Source: Callorhinchus milii | Lineage: Eukaryota | Direction: 5' to 3' | Length of the DNA stretch: 64,000 nt | Assembly (NCBI RefSeq): GCF_018977255.1 | Contig: NW_024704751.1 | Span: forward strand, 4,216,001 to 4,280,000 | Part shown: in pieces, positions 61,691-64,000 of the stretch | Layout: the number at the start of each line of letters is the position of its first letter | Numbering within the stretch: position 1 is the stretch's first letter | Position numbers and translations under genes: made by a program | Notes under the pieces: model-generated | What the model was told of the DNA's origin: nothing | Databases searched by the model: none | Seen by the model: the letters and a program-made list of their open reading frames with translations, nothing else

Positions 61691-64000
61691 TACAACTTCA
61701 CCTTTGATCTGAGACGTATTAAAATAGCCAAAGTAGCGGCAACGGTGCAATGACAGACAGAAGTAATTCCCTCGGACAGAAAGTGTCCTAGTTTTGAGGT
61801 TTTTATAAGGAACAAATTGTAATGTCTCAGCCAGCTCACAGGACGGTGTCAAAACAAAACTGGTGACTTGTTGACGTTTAAAAAAAAACTTCATTTTATG
61901 TTTTGTCTTCATGATAAGATGATGCATCGGAAACTACAGAAAACATTTACAGCATTTGGATTGCCAACTATAATAACAAAGGGTGGTACAGTACTACTGT
62001 AAAGCCACGAGATGTCAGCAGCACCTTAAATACTCTTTAAAAAAATGTCGATTACTTTCCGTGCACTGAAAACTACCACAGTTTGCCATTGCACCAGTCA
62101 GAGCAGATTCCTGGTATAAGCAGTTAATGCTCTCGTCAATTAACTCCTTCAAAAAAAAGAGCTAGATAAATACGCGATTAGAAACAGGCTTGAAGATTAT
62201 AGAGCTAATTCTTAACAGCAGCGATCGAATCCTCCATGAACCACAATGATCGCTGCAATGGAAGATGGACAAGTTCCCACAATAACTGAGTTAGAAAAGC
62301 TGATTGACATGTGTGGCAGTTTCCTCTGCTCTCTCCCAGAAGTTTCACAGAACTATTGCTTAGGCTATTGAAATAACCAGGGCAATAATCCTCCGTAACA
62401 GGCAGCCTATGTATGGAATGGGGAAGGAGTTGGCTTAATGGGTCAAAACGACTTAACTGCTATAAAAGGGGAAATTAAACAAATCGTGCTGATGTTACAA
62501 CAATGTAAATGCCTCCTATCTTTCGCAATTAATTCATTAGATTGGGAAATTATTTTTCTTGCGGTTTGACCGTGATGTGAATGCACAAGGTATTCTGCAA
62601 TGTTCTTACCACACCTTCTGTATTCATTCATCAAGGCTGTGTCACAGCACAATTACTTTTAATTATAAAGTACTTAGCAAAAATACCCAATTGCTCAATT
62701 GGATTTTAAAAAAAGCTCTTTGAATTCGTGTCAATTACTAAGATAAAGTATATGTTTTAACTCCAAGAGCCATCAGTCACACACACAGACACACAGAGAG
62801 AGAGAGAGAGAGAGACAGAGTGAGAGAGACACACACACACACACAGACAGCTGACTTATCCATGCCACTCCTAGACTTCAAACATTAAATAGAATTAACG
62901 GAGGGCATTTTTTTTGAAGGAATAAGGATTACTTTCAGAAGAACTTTTGAATGAACTCAAGCAGCTGAACCAGACTGAAAGCTTTGGGGTATTACTTATT
63001 GCCGCTTTCCATTGTTCTTTTCTACAAAACAGGATTGGTGCAAAACCATCCCTCGGAAGAAAAAAAAAGACATCTCCAACGCCCATAGGTTACTGATGAC
63101 CTACACACACCTAATAGTTATCCTCGCTGCATTTTTGTGGTCCTGTACAAGCATTAACCGAAACTCCCTTTAGCTGCTTGAAGTCAAGACACCCACGCCC
63201 CATGTGCCAGAAGGTAGGAAAGAAAATTATGACCGACTGAGTCAGGCCGTTAACATTGCACACAAACAGAAATCCCTGTTATAAGTCAACTAATGGCAAA
63301 ATGTGTGGCATTTGGTCAGCCCGAGGAGCCAATTTAAACAGAGGTAAATTGTGCCTTTTCTCACGGCAGGGTTACAGGGCACTTTATACACCCCTCCGTA
63401 AGGTAATTTTCTCCTCTCGAACTCTGCCTGTTGTGTACACTGACAATTATGATGTTCCCAGGAGAGTTCAAGATGATTTGATCTCGGGGGTGGCCACCTA
63501 CGACTAACTTCTCTTTTCCGGCCGCCTGCACCTGACCTCACGCTCCGAGATGTTGCCCTACATTAAGAGCACTATGTAAAAACGTAAGCCGTAATCCTTG
63601 CGTTTCATATAGCGCTTTATCACGTCGTCGAGACGTCTCAAACGCGCTCCACAGGAAAACACTGTAAAGTGGTTTGACTGTGTATTTTGTATTGCACGTA
63701 CGTATTTAGACGCTGTTGACTTCGTGTGTGTTTCGTAGACGTTTATGGAAAATATTTGCGGATAAACGCGAGAAAGGAAAAATTCTCCGAAAATTGGGAT
63801 GGTCTGTCGGAGCTCAGTGACTATTTGCCCCATTGAGCAATAAAATATTGTGAAGATCACAGTTTTCTGGAGCAGGCGGAGGCTTTGCAAGCCTACACAG
63901 GTTTATTACCTCTAGGGTGGAAAGATTCCAACGTCAAACAATACCGCAAGCTCACCCTCCCAACCCCAGAGAAACCTACAAAACATTTTCACCCTAGAAT

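Overview
Vertebrate genomic DNA, most likely a cartilaginous fish, possibly a chimaera (inferred from the SINE/L2/CR1 repeat set and gene content). Gene order: RAP1GAP2 (+, last 15 coding exons and a long 3' UTR); a tapasin-family gene of the third, TAPBPL-type lineage (-); an intron-containing EXO5 (-) present twice in tandem, each copy ending at an N-gap; LIAT1/C17orf97 (+); RFLNB (-, last two exons). All exon chains were traced by hand with GT-AG boundaries and consistent phases. The one exception is exon 2 of the tapasin-like gene, which is 1 nt short from its best acceptor. The left ~49 kb is dense with tRNA-derived SINEs (including a young, internally deleted subfamily that nests in older copies), L2 and CR1 fragments, and VNTRs. 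The EXO5 duplication may be an assembly (haplotype) artefact. I found no prokaryote-type system. The most novel leads are the tapasin-like gene (predicted ER-retained, lacking the ERp57 cysteine and the TAP-binding lysine, with IRF-type promoter motifs), the six-exon EXO5, and the SINE biology.
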